Positions 39,509 through 53,392 of a stretch of DNA of 64,000 nucleotides are shown here, piece by piece. A model generated the notes under the pieces. That model saw only the letters and a list, made by a program, of their open reading frames with translations, ran no database searches and was not told where the DNA came from. The position numbers and the translations under genes were made by a program. The stretch is from Pseudolabrys sp. Its GTDB lineage: Bacteria; Pseudomonadota; Alphaproteobacteria; Rhizobiales; Xanthobacteraceae. The DNA lies in contig JBPYDR010000076.1 of NCBI GenBank assembly GCA_051986235.1, positions 924 to 64,923 of the forward strand, written 5' to 3'. Numbering within the stretch: the first letter of the stretch is position 1; each line of letters begins with the position of its first letter.

Positions 39509-42500
39509 ATGCCCAAGCGAACCGACATCAAATCGATCCTGATCATCGGCGCAGGTCCGATCGTGATCGGCCAGGCGTGCGAGTTCGACTATTCCGGCAC
39601 GCAGGCGTGCAAGGCGCTCAAGGACGAGGGTTACCGGATTGTCCTGGTGAACTCGAACCCGGCGACGATCATGACCGATCCCGATCTCGCCGACGCGACA
39701 TATGTCGAACCGATTACGCCGGAGATCGTCGCCAAGATCATCGAACGCGAGCGTCCCGACGCACTGCTCCCGACCATGGGCGGACAGACGGCGCTCAACT
39801 GCGCACTGAGTCTGCGCAAGATGGGCGTGCTGGAGAAATTCAGCGTCAAGATGATCGGCGCGACGGCAGATGCGATCGACAAGGCGGAAGACCGCGAACT
39901 CTTCCGCAAGGCAATGGAGCGGATCGGGCTGCCGACACCGCGCTCGCATCAGATCAAGACGCTGCCGCAGGCGCTCGAAGCGCTCGACGATATCGGCCTG
40001 CCGACCATCATCCGGCCGTCGTTCACGCTCGGCGGCACCGGCGGCGGCATCGCCTATAACAAGGCGGAATTCATCGAAATCGTCGAACGCGGTATCGACG
40101 CCTCTCCCACCAACGAGGTGCTGATCGAGGAATCTGTACTCGGGTGGAAAGAATTCGAGATGGAGGTGGTGCGCGACAAGAAAGACAATTGCATCATCAT
40201 CTGCTCGATCGAGAACGTCGATCCGATGGGCGTGCACACAGGTGATTCAATCACCATCGCGCCGGCACTAACGCTCACCGACAAGGAATATCAGATCCTG
40301 CGCGATGCCTCGATCGCGGTGCTGCGCGAGATCGGCGTGGAGACCGGCGGTTCGAACGTGCAGTTTGCCATCAATCCGGTCAACGGACGGCTGGTGGTGA
40401 TCGAGATGAATCCGCGCGTGTCGCGGTCCTCAGCACTGGCATCGAAAGCGACGGGTTTTCCGATTGCCAAGGTCGCGGCCAAGCTTGCGGTCGGCTACAC
40501 GCTGGACGAAATCGCCAACGACATCACCGGCGGGGCAACGCCGGCCTCATTCGAGCCGACGATCGACTACGTCGTCACCAAGATACCGCGCTTTGCCTTC
40601 GAGAAATTCCCCGGCGCTTCGCCCGTGCTCACCACCTCGATGAAATCGGTGGGCGAAGCGATGGCGATCGGCCGCACATTCCAGGAGAGCCTGCAGAAGG
40701 CACTGCGTTCGCTCGAAACCGGTCTCTCCGGGCTCGATGAGGTGGCGATCGAAGGTTACGACGCGGCCAAAGGCGTCGACGACACCGACAATAAGGCCGC
40801 GATCCGCGCGGCGCTCGGTACGCCGACACCTGATCGCCTGCTCAAGGTGGCGCAGGCCATGCGGCTCGGCGCCAACGATGAGCTGATCCATCATGCCTGC
40901 GGCATCGATCCGTGGTTCCTCGCGGAAATCCGCCGACTGGTGGAAATGGAAGCCGAAATCGCGGCGAAAGGCCTGCCGACGACTGCGGGTCCGTTCCGCC
41001 GGCTCAAGGCGATGGGTTTCTCCGACAAGCGCCTTGGCAAACTGACCGGCACTGATGCCGGCGCCGTGATGGCAAAGCGCCGCAAGCTCGGCGTACGGCC
41101 GGTGTTCAAACGTATCGATACCTGCGCCGCCGAATTCGCTTCGCCCACGGCGTATATGTATTCGACCTACGAGGCGCCGTTCGCCGGGAAACCCGTGGAC
41201 GAGGCGGCGCCGTCGGACCGAAAGAAGGTCGTCATTCTCGGCGGCGGTCCCAACCGCATCGGCCAAGGCATCGAGTTCGACTATTGCTGCTGCCACGCCT
41301 CCTTCGCGCTGAAGGAGGCCGGCTACGAGACCATCATGGTCAACTGCAATCCGGAAACCGTGTCGACCGATTACGACACGTCCGACCGGCTCTATTTCGA
41401 ACCGCTCACGCCGGAAGACGTTCTGGAGATCATCGACACCGAGCGTTCGAATGGCACGCTGCACGGTGTGATCGTGCAGTTCGGCGGACAGACGCCGCTC
41501 AAGCTCGCCGAGTCGCTGGAAAAAGCGAAAGTGCCGATCCTCGGCACTTCGCCCGACGCGATCGATCACGCCGAGGACCGCGACCGTTTCAAGAAGCTGC
41601 TCGACCAGCTCAAGCTGCGCCAGCCGCAGAACGGCATCGCCACCTCGCCCAATGCCGCGCGCGCCATAGCGGACGAGATCGGCTACCCGGTCGTGATCCG
41701 CCCATCATATGTGCTCGGCGGCCGTGCAATGGAAATCGTGCGCGACGGCGGTCAGCTCGATCGTTACGTCGCTCGCCTTGCAGGCGATCTCGATCGGCCC
41801 AGCGAACTCGCGGTTTCAAAAAAGAGTCCGCTGCTGATCGATCGCTACCTGTCGGACGCAACCGAAGTCGACGTCGACTGTCTCGCCGATGGCAAAGATA
41901 CGTTCATCGCCGGAATCATGGAGCACATTGAGGAAGCCGGCATTCACTCCGGCGATTCCGCCTGCGCGCTGCCGCCTCACTCGTTGAGCGAGAAGACGCT
42001 TGCCGAGCTCGAGCGGCAAACGCGCGCACTTGCACTCGCGCTCAACGTCGGCGGATTGATGAACGTGCAGTACGCGATCAAGGACGGCGAAATTTATGTT
42101 CTGGAAGTGAACCCGCGCGCATCGCGTACGGTGCCCTTCGTTGCGAAGGTCATCGGTCTTCCCATCGCCAATATTGCCGCCCGCGTCATGGCTGGCGAGA
42201 AACTCAAGGACTTCAATCTGCAATCGACCCGGCCGAAGCACCGGGCGGTGAAAGAAGCGGTCTTCCCCTTCGCGCGCTTCCCCGGCGTCGACACCGTGCT
42301 CGGTCCAGAGATGAAATCGACCGGCGAGGTAATGGGAATCGATGGGTCGTTCGAGATCGCTTTCGCAAAAAGCCAGATCGGCGGCGGTACCAGTCTGCCG
42401 CGTAGTGGGACCGTCTTCGTCTCTGTGAAGGATGCCGACAAGGCGCGCATCCTGCCGGCAGTCAAGTTGCTGGCCTCACTCGGTTTCAAGACCATCGCCA

Positions 42501-42808
42501 CCTCGGGAACCCAGCGTTACCTCGCGGAACAAGGTGTGGAGGCGGCCCAGGTCAATAAGGTGTTAGAAGGCCGTCCGCACATCGTAGACGCCATCAAAAA
42601 CGGCGGAGTTCAGCTGGTTTTCAATACCACCGAGGGGGCTGCGGCGCTGGCCGACAGCCGTTCCCTGCGCCACGCCGCCCTCTTGCATAAAGTGCCGTAC
42701 TACACCACTCTTTCAGGGGCCGTCGCTGCGGCGCAGGGCATCAAAGCCTATCTCGAGGGCGACCTTGAGGTGCACGCGCTGCAAAGCTACTTCGGCGGCC
42801 GGGGCTGA
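39509..42808 (+). CDS. carB: Carbamoyl-phosphate synthase large subunit
   Basis: [40 protein letters not shown] and EVNPRASRT. Confidence 0.98.
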   Translation: MPKRTDIKSILIIGAGPIVIGQACEFDYSGTQACKALKDEGYRIVLVNSNPATIMTDPDLADATYVEPITPEIVAKIIERERPDALLPTMGGQTALNCALSLRKMGVLEKFSVKMIGATADAIDKAEDRELFRKAMERIGLPTPRSHQIKTLPQALEALDDIGLPTIIRPSFTLGGTGGGIAYNKAEFIEIVERGIDASPTNEVLIEESVLGWKEFEMEVVRDKKDNCIIICSIENVDPMGVHTGDSITIAPALTLTDKEYQILRDASIAVLREIGVETGGSNVQFAINPVNGRLVVIEMNPRVSRSSALASKATGFPIAKVAAKLAVGYTLDEIANDITGGATPASFEPTIDYVVTKIPRFAFEKFPGASPVLTTSMKSVGEAMAIGRTFQESLQKALRSLETGLSGLDEVAIEGYDAAKGVDDTDNKAAIRAALGTPTPDRLLKVAQAMRLGANDELIHHACGIDPWFLAEIRRLVEMEAEIAAKGLPTTAGPFRRLKAMGFSDKRLGKLTGTDAGAVMAKRRKLGVRPVFKRIDTCAAEFASPTAYMYSTYEAPFAGKPVDEAAPSDRKKVVILGGGPNRIGQGIEFDYCCCHASFALKEAGYETIMVNCNPETVSTDYDTSDRLYFEPLTPEDVLEIIDTERSNGTLHGVIVQFGGQTPLKLAESLEKAKVPILGTSPDAIDHAEDRDRFKKLLDQLKLRQPQNGIATSPNAARAIADEIGYPVVIRPSYVLGGRAMEIVRDGGQLDRYVARLAGDLDRPSELAVSKKSPLLIDRYLSDATEVDVDCLADGKDTFIAGIMEHIEEAGIHSGDSACALPPHSLSEKTLAELERQTRALALALNVGGLMNVQYAIKDGEIYVLEVNPRASRTVPFVAKVIGLPIANIAARVMAGEKLKDFNLQSTRPKHRAVKEAVFPFARFPGVDTVLGPEMKSTGEVMGIDGSFEIAFAKSQIGGGTSLPRSGTVFVSVKDADKARILPAVKLLASLGFKTIATSGTQRYLAEQGVEAAQVNKVLEGRPHIVDAIKNGGVQLVFNTTEGAAALADSRSLRHAALLHKVPYYTTLSGAVAAAQGIKAYLEGDLEVHALQSYFGGRG

Positions 42809-43056
42809 AGGCATTTCTGGCCTATAAGACCCGGGCGACGGCACGAGTGATGCCGGTAAGTTCATGGTCGCGGCATCAGGTTAAGCTGGCCGCGACAGGA
42901 CTTTTTTGCCCGGCCCCTCGTTAACATGACTCCGGTTTCGCGGGTGACCGTGGCCGGAGTCGAATTACGAGTCGAATTGACGGGATTGAAAGGGGCTTGG
43001 CGGCGCTTGAAGGTCGTTCAGTTTGTTTCGAGCGCCCGCCAGGAGGAGATGAGACG

Positions 43057-43530
43057 ATGGAAAAGATTCCGATGACCGCCGCCGGCTATGCCGCGCTCGA
43101 GTCCGAGCTCAAGCATTGCCAGCAGGTCGAGCGCCCCCGCATTATTCAGCAGATCACCGACGCGCGCACGCACGGCGACCTGTCGGAGAACGCCGAATAT
43201 CATGCCGCCAAGGAGTCGCAATCAATCAATGAAGGCCGCATCGCTGAGCTGGAAGACAAGCTCGCGCGCGCCGACATCATCGATGTGTCGAAACTGTCAG
43301 GCGATACGATCACCTTCGGCGCGACGGTGACGCTGGTCGACGAAGACACCGACGAAAAGAAGGTGTGGCAGATCGTCGGCGAGCCCGAAGCCGATGCGAA
43401 GAAAGGCAAGATCTCGGTCACCTCGCCGCTCGCCAAGGCGCTCATCGGGAAGACCAAGGGCACGTCGGTGGAAGTCAACACGCCGGGCGGCGCCAAGGCC
43501 TATGCCGTGAAGAAGATCGAGTGGCGCTAA
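43057..43530 (+). CDS. greA: Transcription elongation factor GreA
   Basis: [15 protein letters not shown] and [14 protein letters not shown]. Confidence 0.97.
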   Translation: MEKIPMTAAGYAALESELKHCQQVERPRIIQQITDARTHGDLSENAEYHAAKESQSINEGRIAELEDKLARADIIDVSKLSGDTITFGATVTLVDEDTDEKKVWQIVGEPEADAKKGKISVTSPLAKALIGKTKGTSVEVNTPGGAKAYAVKKIEWR

Positions 43531-43540
43531 GTCGCCCGCG

Positions 43541-43939
43541 CTATTTCAGCCAGATCTTCAGCGGCAACGGCGCCCGCGCGGGACAGTTCATCGTTCCCGA
43601 ATAGAAATCCGACAACTGGCCGGTGTAGGTGCACTCGACGCCGTCGAGCACCAGCGTCGCCGATAGTCCCGACCCCGGGCGCGAAATCTGCAGGCGAATT
43701 TCGCCCTTCTTTTCCTCCGGGCTGTCGACCGTGCAGATGCCGACATGCGTCATGGTCAATGGCCCGGCCAGAACCTTCGTGCCGTCATCGCCCGTGACGT
43801 TGGCGGTGAGTTCCCACTCGCCCAGCACGCCGGCATATCCGAGCACCTCCCGTGTCTCGGCGCCGGCCGGAGTCGCAAGCGCGCACAGCACAGCGAACTG
43901 CATCGCCGTTCTTGCGATCCCTCTCCGGCCAATCTTCAT
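43541..43939 (-). CDS. Secreted hypothetical protein
   Basis: Signal peptide, GYAGVLGEWELTA, three Cys in the mature part. Confidence 0.65.
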   Translation of the reverse strand: MKIGRRGIARTAMQFAVLCALATPAGAETREVLGYAGVLGEWELTANVTGDDGTKVLAGPLTMTHVGICTVDSPEEKKGEIRLQISRPGSGLSATLVLDGVECTYTGQLSDFYSGTMNCPARAPLPLKIWLK

Positions 43940-43947
43940 TGTGCGCC

Positions 43948-45534
43948 TCAGCGGCTCAGATATGTACGCGCGTCCGCCACGTCCGTGCGAGTCGTGTCGG
44001 CGTTGGCCGCAATTGCGACGACCCTGCCGTAGTACTCCTTCGCCTTGGCCGCATCGCCGGATTTCTCGGCCGCTTTTGCCGCACCGATATAGGCACCGAG
44101 CCGGTTCGGCTCCTTCTTCAGCGTCGCTTCGAAGGCAGCCAGCGCCTCTTTTGGCATTCCGCGCTCAAGCAGCATCTCGCCATAGAGCTCGCGCGCCGGT
44201 TTTGTCACGCCGGGCGTGACTGGATGCTTCTCGGTGCGGTCCTCGGCATCGGCCGCGGCACTCATGGCCTTGAGCGCCTCGCCGTATTTGCCTTCGGCAT
44301 AGAGGATCCAGGCCGACGCACCTTTTTGCTGGATGTCGACCTGCTCTGACCAGTAGGCGTCCTTGCCCTGCAGCTTGTCACGAAGCTCGCCCAGCTTGGC
44401 GACGTCGGGTTTCGCCGCCTCGGGATTACCTGAACGAGCGGCCCCGAGGGCGCGCGCGAAGTAGGTGATCGCCTGCACCTGCGGCAACGTGTTTGGACGG
44501 ACCTCGAGCGCAGCCGCGGCTGCCCAGTCTCCGCGTTCGATCGCGTAGCGGGCCGGCGAAATCGCCAGCGCATAGGGACCGGGAAGGAACGTTTCATTGA
44601 TGCCTGTCACCGTCATCATATTGTCGATGACGGCTTTGGCTTTCGCGTCCTGCCCCAACTGGAGATAGGCATAGACCATATAGTCCATGGCGTGCAGCTG
44701 CTCGGAGAACTCGCCGGAGGCTTTCGCCACGCGCTGGGACACGTCGTTGGAGTTGATCGAATCCTGCCAGTAGCCGACGCGCGTGAAAATATGCGACGGC
44801 ATATGTTGCGCATGCGCGGCATCGGGCGCGATCTTCGCATACAGGCGCGCGGCATTGAGGCCTTTCTCTGCGATCGGCGGATAGTCGTAGAGATGGATCA
44901 GATAGTGCGCGACACCGGGGTGCTGCGGCTGGCGCGCGAAGATCGGCTCGAGGATCGCCGCACCTTTAAGCTGATTGGCGTAAGTCTTGTCGGACGCGAC
45001 AGCCGACGTGTTGAGCGCGAGCGCATAGAAAATCTGCGCTTCGTCATCGTTCGGATAACGTTGTGCAACCTGCTCCATCGCCTTCGCGTAGGCCTGGGTG
45101 CGCGGCAGATGTCCGAGCTTGTCATAGTCGACATAGATAACCGCGAGCGCATCGATGTAGTCGCGTTCGCGCTGCGTTTTGGCGCCCACGCTCTTGCCTT
45201 TGGCAATTGCCGCCGCACCATCAGCGAGATTTTTCGGAGGCGTTGGCACGTGCGGATTGAGCAGCAAGCTCAACGCAATACCCCAATAGGCGATGCCGCA
45301 TTCCGGATCGGCCTTCAGCACATCCTCAAAGACTTTCTGCGACGCGCGGTACCAGAACGAGTGCTGGTAAAGCATCGCGCGGTCGAAAAGCTTCTGCGCC
45401 TCGGGGCTGCAGGAAGTCTCGAAATGCACCTTGCCGAGTTTGCTGTCCTCAACTTGTGCGAAAGCGGGCTGGGTCAGCAAAATGAGAGCAGCCCCCACAA
45501 TCGCAACTGCAGAGTTCGAAACCTTGATCATCAT
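43948..45534 (-). CDS. Secreted TPR-like helical protein with His motifs
   Basis: LGKVHFETSC, HSFW, HPGVAHYLIH and HAQHMPSHIF. Confidence 0.85.
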   Translation of the reverse strand: MMIKVSNSAVAIVGAALILLTQPAFAQVEDSKLGKVHFETSCSPEAQKLFDRAMLYQHSFWYRASQKVFEDVLKADPECGIAYWGIALSLLLNPHVPTPPKNLADGAAAIAKGKSVGAKTQRERDYIDALAVIYVDYDKLGHLPRTQAYAKAMEQVAQRYPNDDEAQIFYALALNTSAVASDKTYANQLKGAAILEPIFARQPQHPGVAHYLIHLYDYPPIAEKGLNAARLYAKIAPDAAHAQHMPSHIFTRVGYWQDSINSNDVSQRVAKASGEFSEQLHAMDYMVYAYLQLGQDAKAKAVIDNMMTVTGINETFLPGPYALAISPARYAIERGDWAAAAALEVRPNTLPQVQAITYFARALGAARSGNPEAAKPDVAKLGELRDKLQGKDAYWSEQVDIQQKGASAWILYAEGKYGEALKAMSAAADAEDRTEKHPVTPGVTKPARELYGEMLLERGMPKEALAAFEATLKKEPNRLGAYIGAAKAAEKSGDAAKAKEYYGRVVAIAANADTTRTDVADARTYLSR

Positions 45535-45733
45535 GGATATTTCTCCCGGTTCAGTCTGTCGCCGGCGGCGCCTTTGGCGAGGCACCGCATTCCGAAAACC
45601 AGGCATGGTCGCGAGTTCTTGGCGTACGCGCGGTCACGACCCTATAGTCATCTTAATATTGCGCCGGCGCTTTGACCAACAAGTCTGTTTTTCGAACTGG
45701 TTTGACGATGGCAAAGGTGGTTCACTTTCGGTC

Positions 45734-46441
45734 ATGCAAGGCGGCTACAACCAATTCTGTCCGATTGCGAAAGCGTCAGAAATTATCGCCGTGCGCTGGA
45801 TGCCTCTCATCCTGCGCGAACTGATGGCCGATATCCGCACTTTCAATGACATCCACCGCGGGATACCGCTGATTTCCCGGGCTGTTCTGGTTGCAAGGCT
45901 TCGCGAGCTCGAACACCACGGAATCATCGAGCGCCGCAAACGCGAAGGCCGCCAGGGACCCGAATATTGGCTTACGCCCGCCGGCGATGCATTGCGTCCG
46001 ATCGTAAGTGGGCTTGGTCACTGGGGGCTCGTTCATGCCCGCGACAGTTTGACGCCTGAAGATCTCGATCCGACCTTCCTTCTGTGGGGATTCCGCAAAC
46101 GGGCAATTCGCGATGCGCTGCCGAACCGACGCATCCTCGTGCGATTCGAGTTTTCCGGCGTACCGGCGGAGTGGTCCAAGTTCCGCGTTCTGTGGCTCCT
46201 GCTCGAACGCTCGGATGTCGACGTTTGCATGAAGGATCCCGGCTATCCCGTGGACGTCGTTTTGCACGGCAAGATCGCCGACTTTGTGTCGGTCTATCTC
46301 GGGCATGCGCTGTGGCGCGACATGGTCGGCAAAAAACTGTTCATCAAAGGCGACCGGAACCTGGCGCGATCGCTTCCCGGTTGGATCAAGCTCGATAAAG
46401 TTGTCGGCCGGGACTTTCCGGTGGTGCGCCCAGCCGCCTGA
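45734..46441 (+). CDS. HxlR-family winged-helix regulator
   Basis: YNQFCPIAKASE...RW..LILREL and EYWLTPAG. Confidence 0.88.
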   Translation: MQGGYNQFCPIAKASEIIAVRWMPLILRELMADIRTFNDIHRGIPLISRAVLVARLRELEHHGIIERRKREGRQGPEYWLTPAGDALRPIVSGLGHWGLVHARDSLTPEDLDPTFLLWGFRKRAIRDALPNRRILVRFEFSGVPAEWSKFRVLWLLLERSDVDVCMKDPGYPVDVVLHGKIADFVSVYLGHALWRDMVGKKLFIKGDRNLARSLPGWIKLDKVVGRDFPVVRPAA

Positions 46442-46443
46442 AC

Positions 46444-46630
46444 TCACTCCGGCTCGATCTTCGCGAATGTGAGCTTGCCCGGATTGGTCTTGGCGTTGGC
46501 GATCAGCTCCTTGAGATTCGCAGATACGGAAGGGTTTGCGACCAATGCAAGCGTGATGGTGCCGAGCTTGGTGATCGGCTCAAAGTCGGCGACCGCGTCA
46601 TGGGGCACTTTCTTGAGCAGCGCGCGATCG
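46444..46630 (-). pseudogene. Internal fragment of a Bug/TctC substrate-binding protein gene
   Basis: LLKKVPHDAVADFEPITKLG...LVANPSV..NLKELIA.AK.NPGKLTFA, lacking N- and C-termini. Confidence 0.7.
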
Positions 46631-46636
46631 TTTTCT

Positions 46637-46996
46637 TCATGAGACGGTCCCCCGGATGGAACGAAGTGATGTTTCGACAGCGATCTCGATCGGAATATCC
46701 AGTACAAGGAATGACAGCGATTTGCCGTGGCCGTCGAGGCCGAGGCTGGCATTGACGCCCCCTTCGAGGACGTCGTCGAGAACGAAATTGAAGGCCGCGA
46801 GCTTCGGCAGATCGTAGCGGACGACGCGCGTCGGCTTGCGTGCCGCGAAAACCTGGGCCACCCGCTCGGTCGTCACCTGCGCCGCTACCGCGTCGTAGTG
46901 GGCAGGATCACGACAGACGAGAACGAGATTAAGCCGGTTGCCTTTATCGCCGGTCCGCGCGCTGGCGATTTCCTGCAGGCGAACAGTGCGCGTCAT
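46637..46996 (-). CDS. AtuA-related small protein
   Basis: ARTGDKGN, V.RY.LP.L.AFNFV and GGV..SL..D.HGK. Confidence 0.85.
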   Translation of the reverse strand: MTRTVRLQEIASARTGDKGNRLNLVLVCRDPAHYDAVAAQVTTERVAQVFAARKPTRVVRYDLPKLAAFNFVLDDVLEGGVNASLGLDGHGKSLSFLVLDIPIEIAVETSLRSIRGTVS

Positions 46997-48357
46997 GCCG
47001 GTGCTCCGAGCATGGTCACGCGCGGCTCCGCGAAACGGCGCTCGATAAGACAGGAGGCACTGGCAAGCCGCGGCGTGATGCGTCGGCGGACGCCCGCACC
47101 GCCGGCCGGTCCAGCGCAATAAAGTGCCTCGGCCTCGTCGAGCAGAATTTCAACGTCGCTCGCGTCCGACGACTCGGCCGCAAAGCGCAGACGCACGTCA
47201 TCGCTCTGAGCGCCGCGCAGATCCGTCGTTGCGCTGGCGGCGCCCCAGACGCTGCGAACACCGATCGCATCGACCCGGACATTGAGATGTGGCACGCGCT
47301 TGCGCACGCGCGCGCGAACAACCTCGGCGGCAAGCTGCGCGCGCGCCGGAGCGTTCGGACCGGCATAGGAAATTTCGGCTTCGCCGAGAAAACCGCCATC
47401 AACGCAAACCGTCGCCTTCAGCGTCTCCGGCGCGGGCCTGCCGCGCGCACCCGACACGCGCGCGCGGTCTTTGCCGATCTCGGCGACCTCGACGTTCGTC
47501 AAGTCGAGAACGACATCGGGCGCGAGATAGGCGGATGGGTCGTGAATCTCGTAGAGCAATTGTTCGATCACGGTAAGGCGATTGACCACACCGCCGGTGC
47601 CGGCGGGCTTTGTGATCACCATTTCGCCGGTTTCGTCGACCTCGGCGATCGGATAGCCGACCTCAGCCAATCCGAGCACGTCCTTGTAGCCGGGGTCGGC
47701 AAAATAACCGCCCGTCACCTGCGCACCGCACTCGAGCAGATGACCAGCAAGTGTGCCGGCCGCGAGCCGGTCCCAGTCGTCGGCAGACCATCGGAACACA
47801 TGCAGCAAGGGTCCAAGCGCCAGTGCGGAATCAGCAACGCGTCCGGTGACGACAATGTCGGCGCCCTGGTCGAGCGCCTGCGCGATTGGCTGCGCACCGA
47901 GATAAAGGTTGGCCGAGAGGATTTCGCGCGCCTGTGCGAGGTCGACGCCGTCGACCCTGCGTGATGCGAGATCGCTCACCGAGAGCTTGCCTGCAATATC
48001 GTCGCCTTCGACTGCGGCAATGCGAGGCGGGCGAAGACCAAGAGAGCGCGCCATCTCTTCAATACGGCGCGCGGCTGCTGCCGGATTGGCCGCACCGAAA
48101 TTGCCAATGATCTTGATGCCAGCCGCAAGACAGCGCGCAAGCACCGGCGGTAGCATCCGATCGAGTGCGGGACTGTAGCCGCGCTGCGAATTTTGCCGGC
48201 GATCGAGCTGGCACAGCGCCAGCGTGCGCTCGGCCAACGTTTCGTACATCAGAAAGCGCGGACCCGATTGCGCGGCGAGCGCGTCCACAATGGGCACGCC
48301 CGCATCGCTTCGGTCACCGGCAAACCCGGCCGCTGCGCCGATGAAAACCTTCGCCAT
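46993..48357 (-). CDS. AtuA family (DUF1446) protein
   Basis: GFAGDR, ETLAERT, GHLLECGAQVTGGYFADPG and EQLLYEIHDP. Confidence 0.9.
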   Translation of the reverse strand: MAKVFIGAAAGFAGDRSDAGVPIVDALAAQSGPRFLMYETLAERTLALCQLDRRQNSQRGYSPALDRMLPPVLARCLAAGIKIIGNFGAANPAAAARRIEEMARSLGLRPPRIAAVEGDDIAGKLSVSDLASRRVDGVDLAQAREILSANLYLGAQPIAQALDQGADIVVTGRVADSALALGPLLHVFRWSADDWDRLAAGTLAGHLLECGAQVTGGYFADPGYKDVLGLAEVGYPIAEVDETGEMVITKPAGTGGVVNRLTVIEQLLYEIHDPSAYLAPDVVLDLTNVEVAEIGKDRARVSGARGRPAPETLKATVCVDGGFLGEAEISYAGPNAPARAQLAAEVVRARVRKRVPHLNVRVDAIGVRSVWGAASATTDLRGAQSDDVRLRFAAESSDASDVEILLDEAEALYCAGPAGGAGVRRRITPRLASASCLIERRFAEPRVTMLGAPA

Positions 48358-48417
48358 GCGGACGATGCTAACGGGAGGGGTTTACTCTGTAAAACGATGC
48401 ACGGACGGCGAAGACCA

Positions 48418-51012
<2,595 letters not shown>

Positions 51013-51161
51013 GATTCCCACCGAAGTTGTGCAGTAAAATTTTCGCGAGCTTCGATACGAGGTTATGGAAGTCGTCGGATTTCGACGAATTGCGATTGCG
51101 CATGGCAGTCATGCGGCACCCGACATTGCCGCTGTGCAGCACGCTCCGCATACTTGTGGTC

Positions 51162-51285
51162 CGCTGTTTCGCCGGATGGATATCCTCCCAGAATCGCCGG
51201 CAGGCAGCATGTTCCCCTCTGGAAGACATTGCCGGCCCCCACGTCGGCAATCACTGAAACCGGGCCCCCAGGGGCCCGGTTTTTT
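51162..51285 (+). ncRNA. AbcR/alpha-r15-like sRNA
   Basis: CTCCCA and GTTCCC(CTCTGGA) motifs in hairpins; TTGCCG-N17-CATACT promoter; terminator CCGGGCCCC/GGGGCCCGG plus T-run; located after the lsrB-like gene. Confidence 0.72.
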
Positions 51286-51302
51286 ATTCGTCGCGAGTCC
51301 GA

Positions 51303-51917
51303 TTAACGGAACCGCGCGATGAAATAGGCAAGGTCGAGGATCTGTTCGTCGCTCACCGAAACGAGCGCTTCTGCCATTGTTCCGTCATAGCCGCGCCGGT
51401 CATTGGACTTGTATTCGCGCAGCGTCTTCGCGAGATAATCCTCGCGCTGGTTGGCGATGTGCGGAACGTTGTCGCGACCCGCTAGATCCAGTCCGTGACA
51501 ACTATTGCAATGCTGCTGCGTGATCAGCGCGGCTGCGCGCTGCATGCGCGCGACATCGCCTGATTCAGCCGGAGGCTTCGGCGCCGGCACCTTTGCAAGA
51601 AAATCGGAGAAATTTCGCAGGTCATCATCGGTGAAACCTTTGGTCATCTCCGTCATGACCTGGATCATCTGATCGTCCTTTTTTTCCGGCGAAGCGCGCT
51701 GCTTCTCGCGAAACATGTACAGCTGGATCAATAAATACGGCGCTGGCTCCCCGCCCAGTGAGGGAATCTCCGGAGTTTCCGATTGGCCGCTCTCGCCGTG
51801 ACACGCAAGGCAAGGTACCGCGCGTTCGGCGACGGTCTCACCGAATAACGGTTCACACGCGACACCGACGAAAAGTGCCGCAACGGCAATCCGGGCCGTG
51901 AGATGGATGCGTCGCAT
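51303..51917 (-). CDS. Di-heme c4-type cytochrome c
   Basis: CLACH and CNSCH; signal peptide. Confidence 0.9.
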   Translation of the reverse strand: MRRIHLTARIAVAALFVGVACEPLFGETVAERAVPCLACHGESGQSETPEIPSLGGEPAPYLLIQLYMFREKQRASPEKKDDQMIQVMTEMTKGFTDDDLRNFSDFLAKVPAPKPPAESGDVARMQRAAALITQQHCNSCHGLDLAGRDNVPHIANQREDYLAKTLREYKSNDRRGYDGTMAEALVSVSDEQILDLAYFIARFR

Positions 51918-51937
51918 AGTTACTCAGCTTGAATAAG

Positions 51938-51962
51938 AAAAGCCGGGGGCAAAGCCCCCGGC
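51938..51962 (-). terminator. Intrinsic terminator between the dehydrogenase and cytochrome c genes
   Basis: GCCGGGGGC-TTT-GCCCCCGGC-TTTT on the minus strand. Confidence 0.7.
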
Positions 51963-51975
51963 CTGCACACTCGTT

Positions 51976-53259
51976 TCAGCGGCCGGCAACCCGCGGCGCC
52001 TTGCCATAGGTGATGCGGTAGATCGCGCCGTTCCAGTCATCGGACAACAGCATCGAGCCATCCGCCATGAATTCAACGTCGACGGGGCGGCCGATGTAAT
52101 TGTTGTTGTCGAGGAAGCCGGTGATGAACGGTTCGGACGATTTCACCGTGCCATCCTTGTTCAGGAAAATGGCGATGACGTCACCACCGAATTTGTTCGT
52201 GCGGTTCCAGGAGCCGTGCCGCGCAAGGAAGATCGCGTTCTTGTATTTTGCCGGAAACATCTTGCCGGTATAGAAGCGCAAGCCAAGCCCGGCCGAATGC
52301 GGCCCCGTCAGCATGATCGGTGCTTCGAATTCACGGCACGAATGACCCCAACCGAATTCCGGATCGAGGAGGTTGCCCTGCCAGCAAAAAGGCGCGCCGA
52401 AATGCTGCCCAACCTTGGTAACGCGGTTTAGTTCATCCTGCGGCGAGTCTTCCGAGAGCCAGTCACGCCCGTTGTCTGAGAAGTAGAGCTGCTTGGTGAC
52501 CGGGTTCCAGTCGAAGCCGACCGAGTGGCGCACGCCCAGCGCGACCACTTCGGCGCCGGTGCCGTCGAGATTAATGCGGCGAATTTGGCCGTGGTCCTTG
52601 TCATGTAAAACGTTATTGCCCGGCTGGCCAACCTCCAGATAGAGCTTGTTGTCGGGACCGATGGCGATGAACTTCCAGCCATGCGCTTCGTCTTTCGGCA
52701 GATCCTTGTAGATCACCGTCGGCTTCGGCGGGTTGTCGAGAACAGTCTCGACGTTGTCGATTTTGGAGATCTGCGACAGCTCGGCGATGTAGAGCGTGCC
52801 GTTGTGATACGCAAGGCCGTTCGGGCGATAGAGGCCCTCCGCGATCGTCTTTGTTTCGGTCTTGCCGCCCTTCTTGACGATTGCGGTGACCTTGTTGCCG
52901 AACCGAGTGCCGACGAACACAGTGCCCTTGTCGCCGACGCGCAGCGAGCGCGTGTTGGGGATGCCGCTGGCATAAACCTCGATGTGGAAGCCGGGCGGCA
53001 GCTTGAGCTTTGCGGTCGGCAGCTTGTCAGCAGCGGCCGGAATCGGCGGAGGTGCAACCGGCGCGAGCTTGGAGGCAGCCTCGTTACCTTCGGGGCGGCC
53101 GATCAGCGGGGAGCCGGGCGGCAACGGCGCAGCCGGTGCTGCGGCGGGCGGCGATGCAGATGCCGGCGGCTGCTGCGCAAAGGCCGGCGCAGCCAGCAAA
53201 ATGCCGGCAACTGTGCCGGCAAGCAAAATAGAACGTTGAACCGTGAAACACGGAGCCAT
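51976..53259 (-). CDS. PQQ-dependent sugar/sorbosone dehydrogenase
   Basis: GVRHSVGFDW, DNGRDWL, HGSWNR and GRPVDV....DGSMLLSDD. Confidence 0.9.
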   Translation of the reverse strand: MAPCFTVQRSILLAGTVAGILLAAPAFAQQPPASASPPAAAPAAPLPPGSPLIGRPEGNEAASKLAPVAPPPIPAAADKLPTAKLKLPPGFHIEVYASGIPNTRSLRVGDKGTVFVGTRFGNKVTAIVKKGGKTETKTIAEGLYRPNGLAYHNGTLYIAELSQISKIDNVETVLDNPPKPTVIYKDLPKDEAHGWKFIAIGPDNKLYLEVGQPGNNVLHDKDHGQIRRINLDGTGAEVVALGVRHSVGFDWNPVTKQLYFSDNGRDWLSEDSPQDELNRVTKVGQHFGAPFCWQGNLLDPEFGWGHSCREFEAPIMLTGPHSAGLGLRFYTGKMFPAKYKNAIFLARHGSWNRTNKFGGDVIAIFLNKDGTVKSSEPFITGFLDNNNYIGRPVDVEFMADGSMLLSDDWNGAIYRITYGKAPRVAGR

Positions 53260-53392
53260 CGGATTCCTCCCTGATGCGGAGGCGCTTAACTCACGAGGCT
53301 GATCGAGAACGACCCCGGAGCGCTCCCCCTTGTCCGCAAGTCTCTACCTTTCGACTCTCGCTTGCAATCGGGAAGTCGACGATCCGGAAAAA

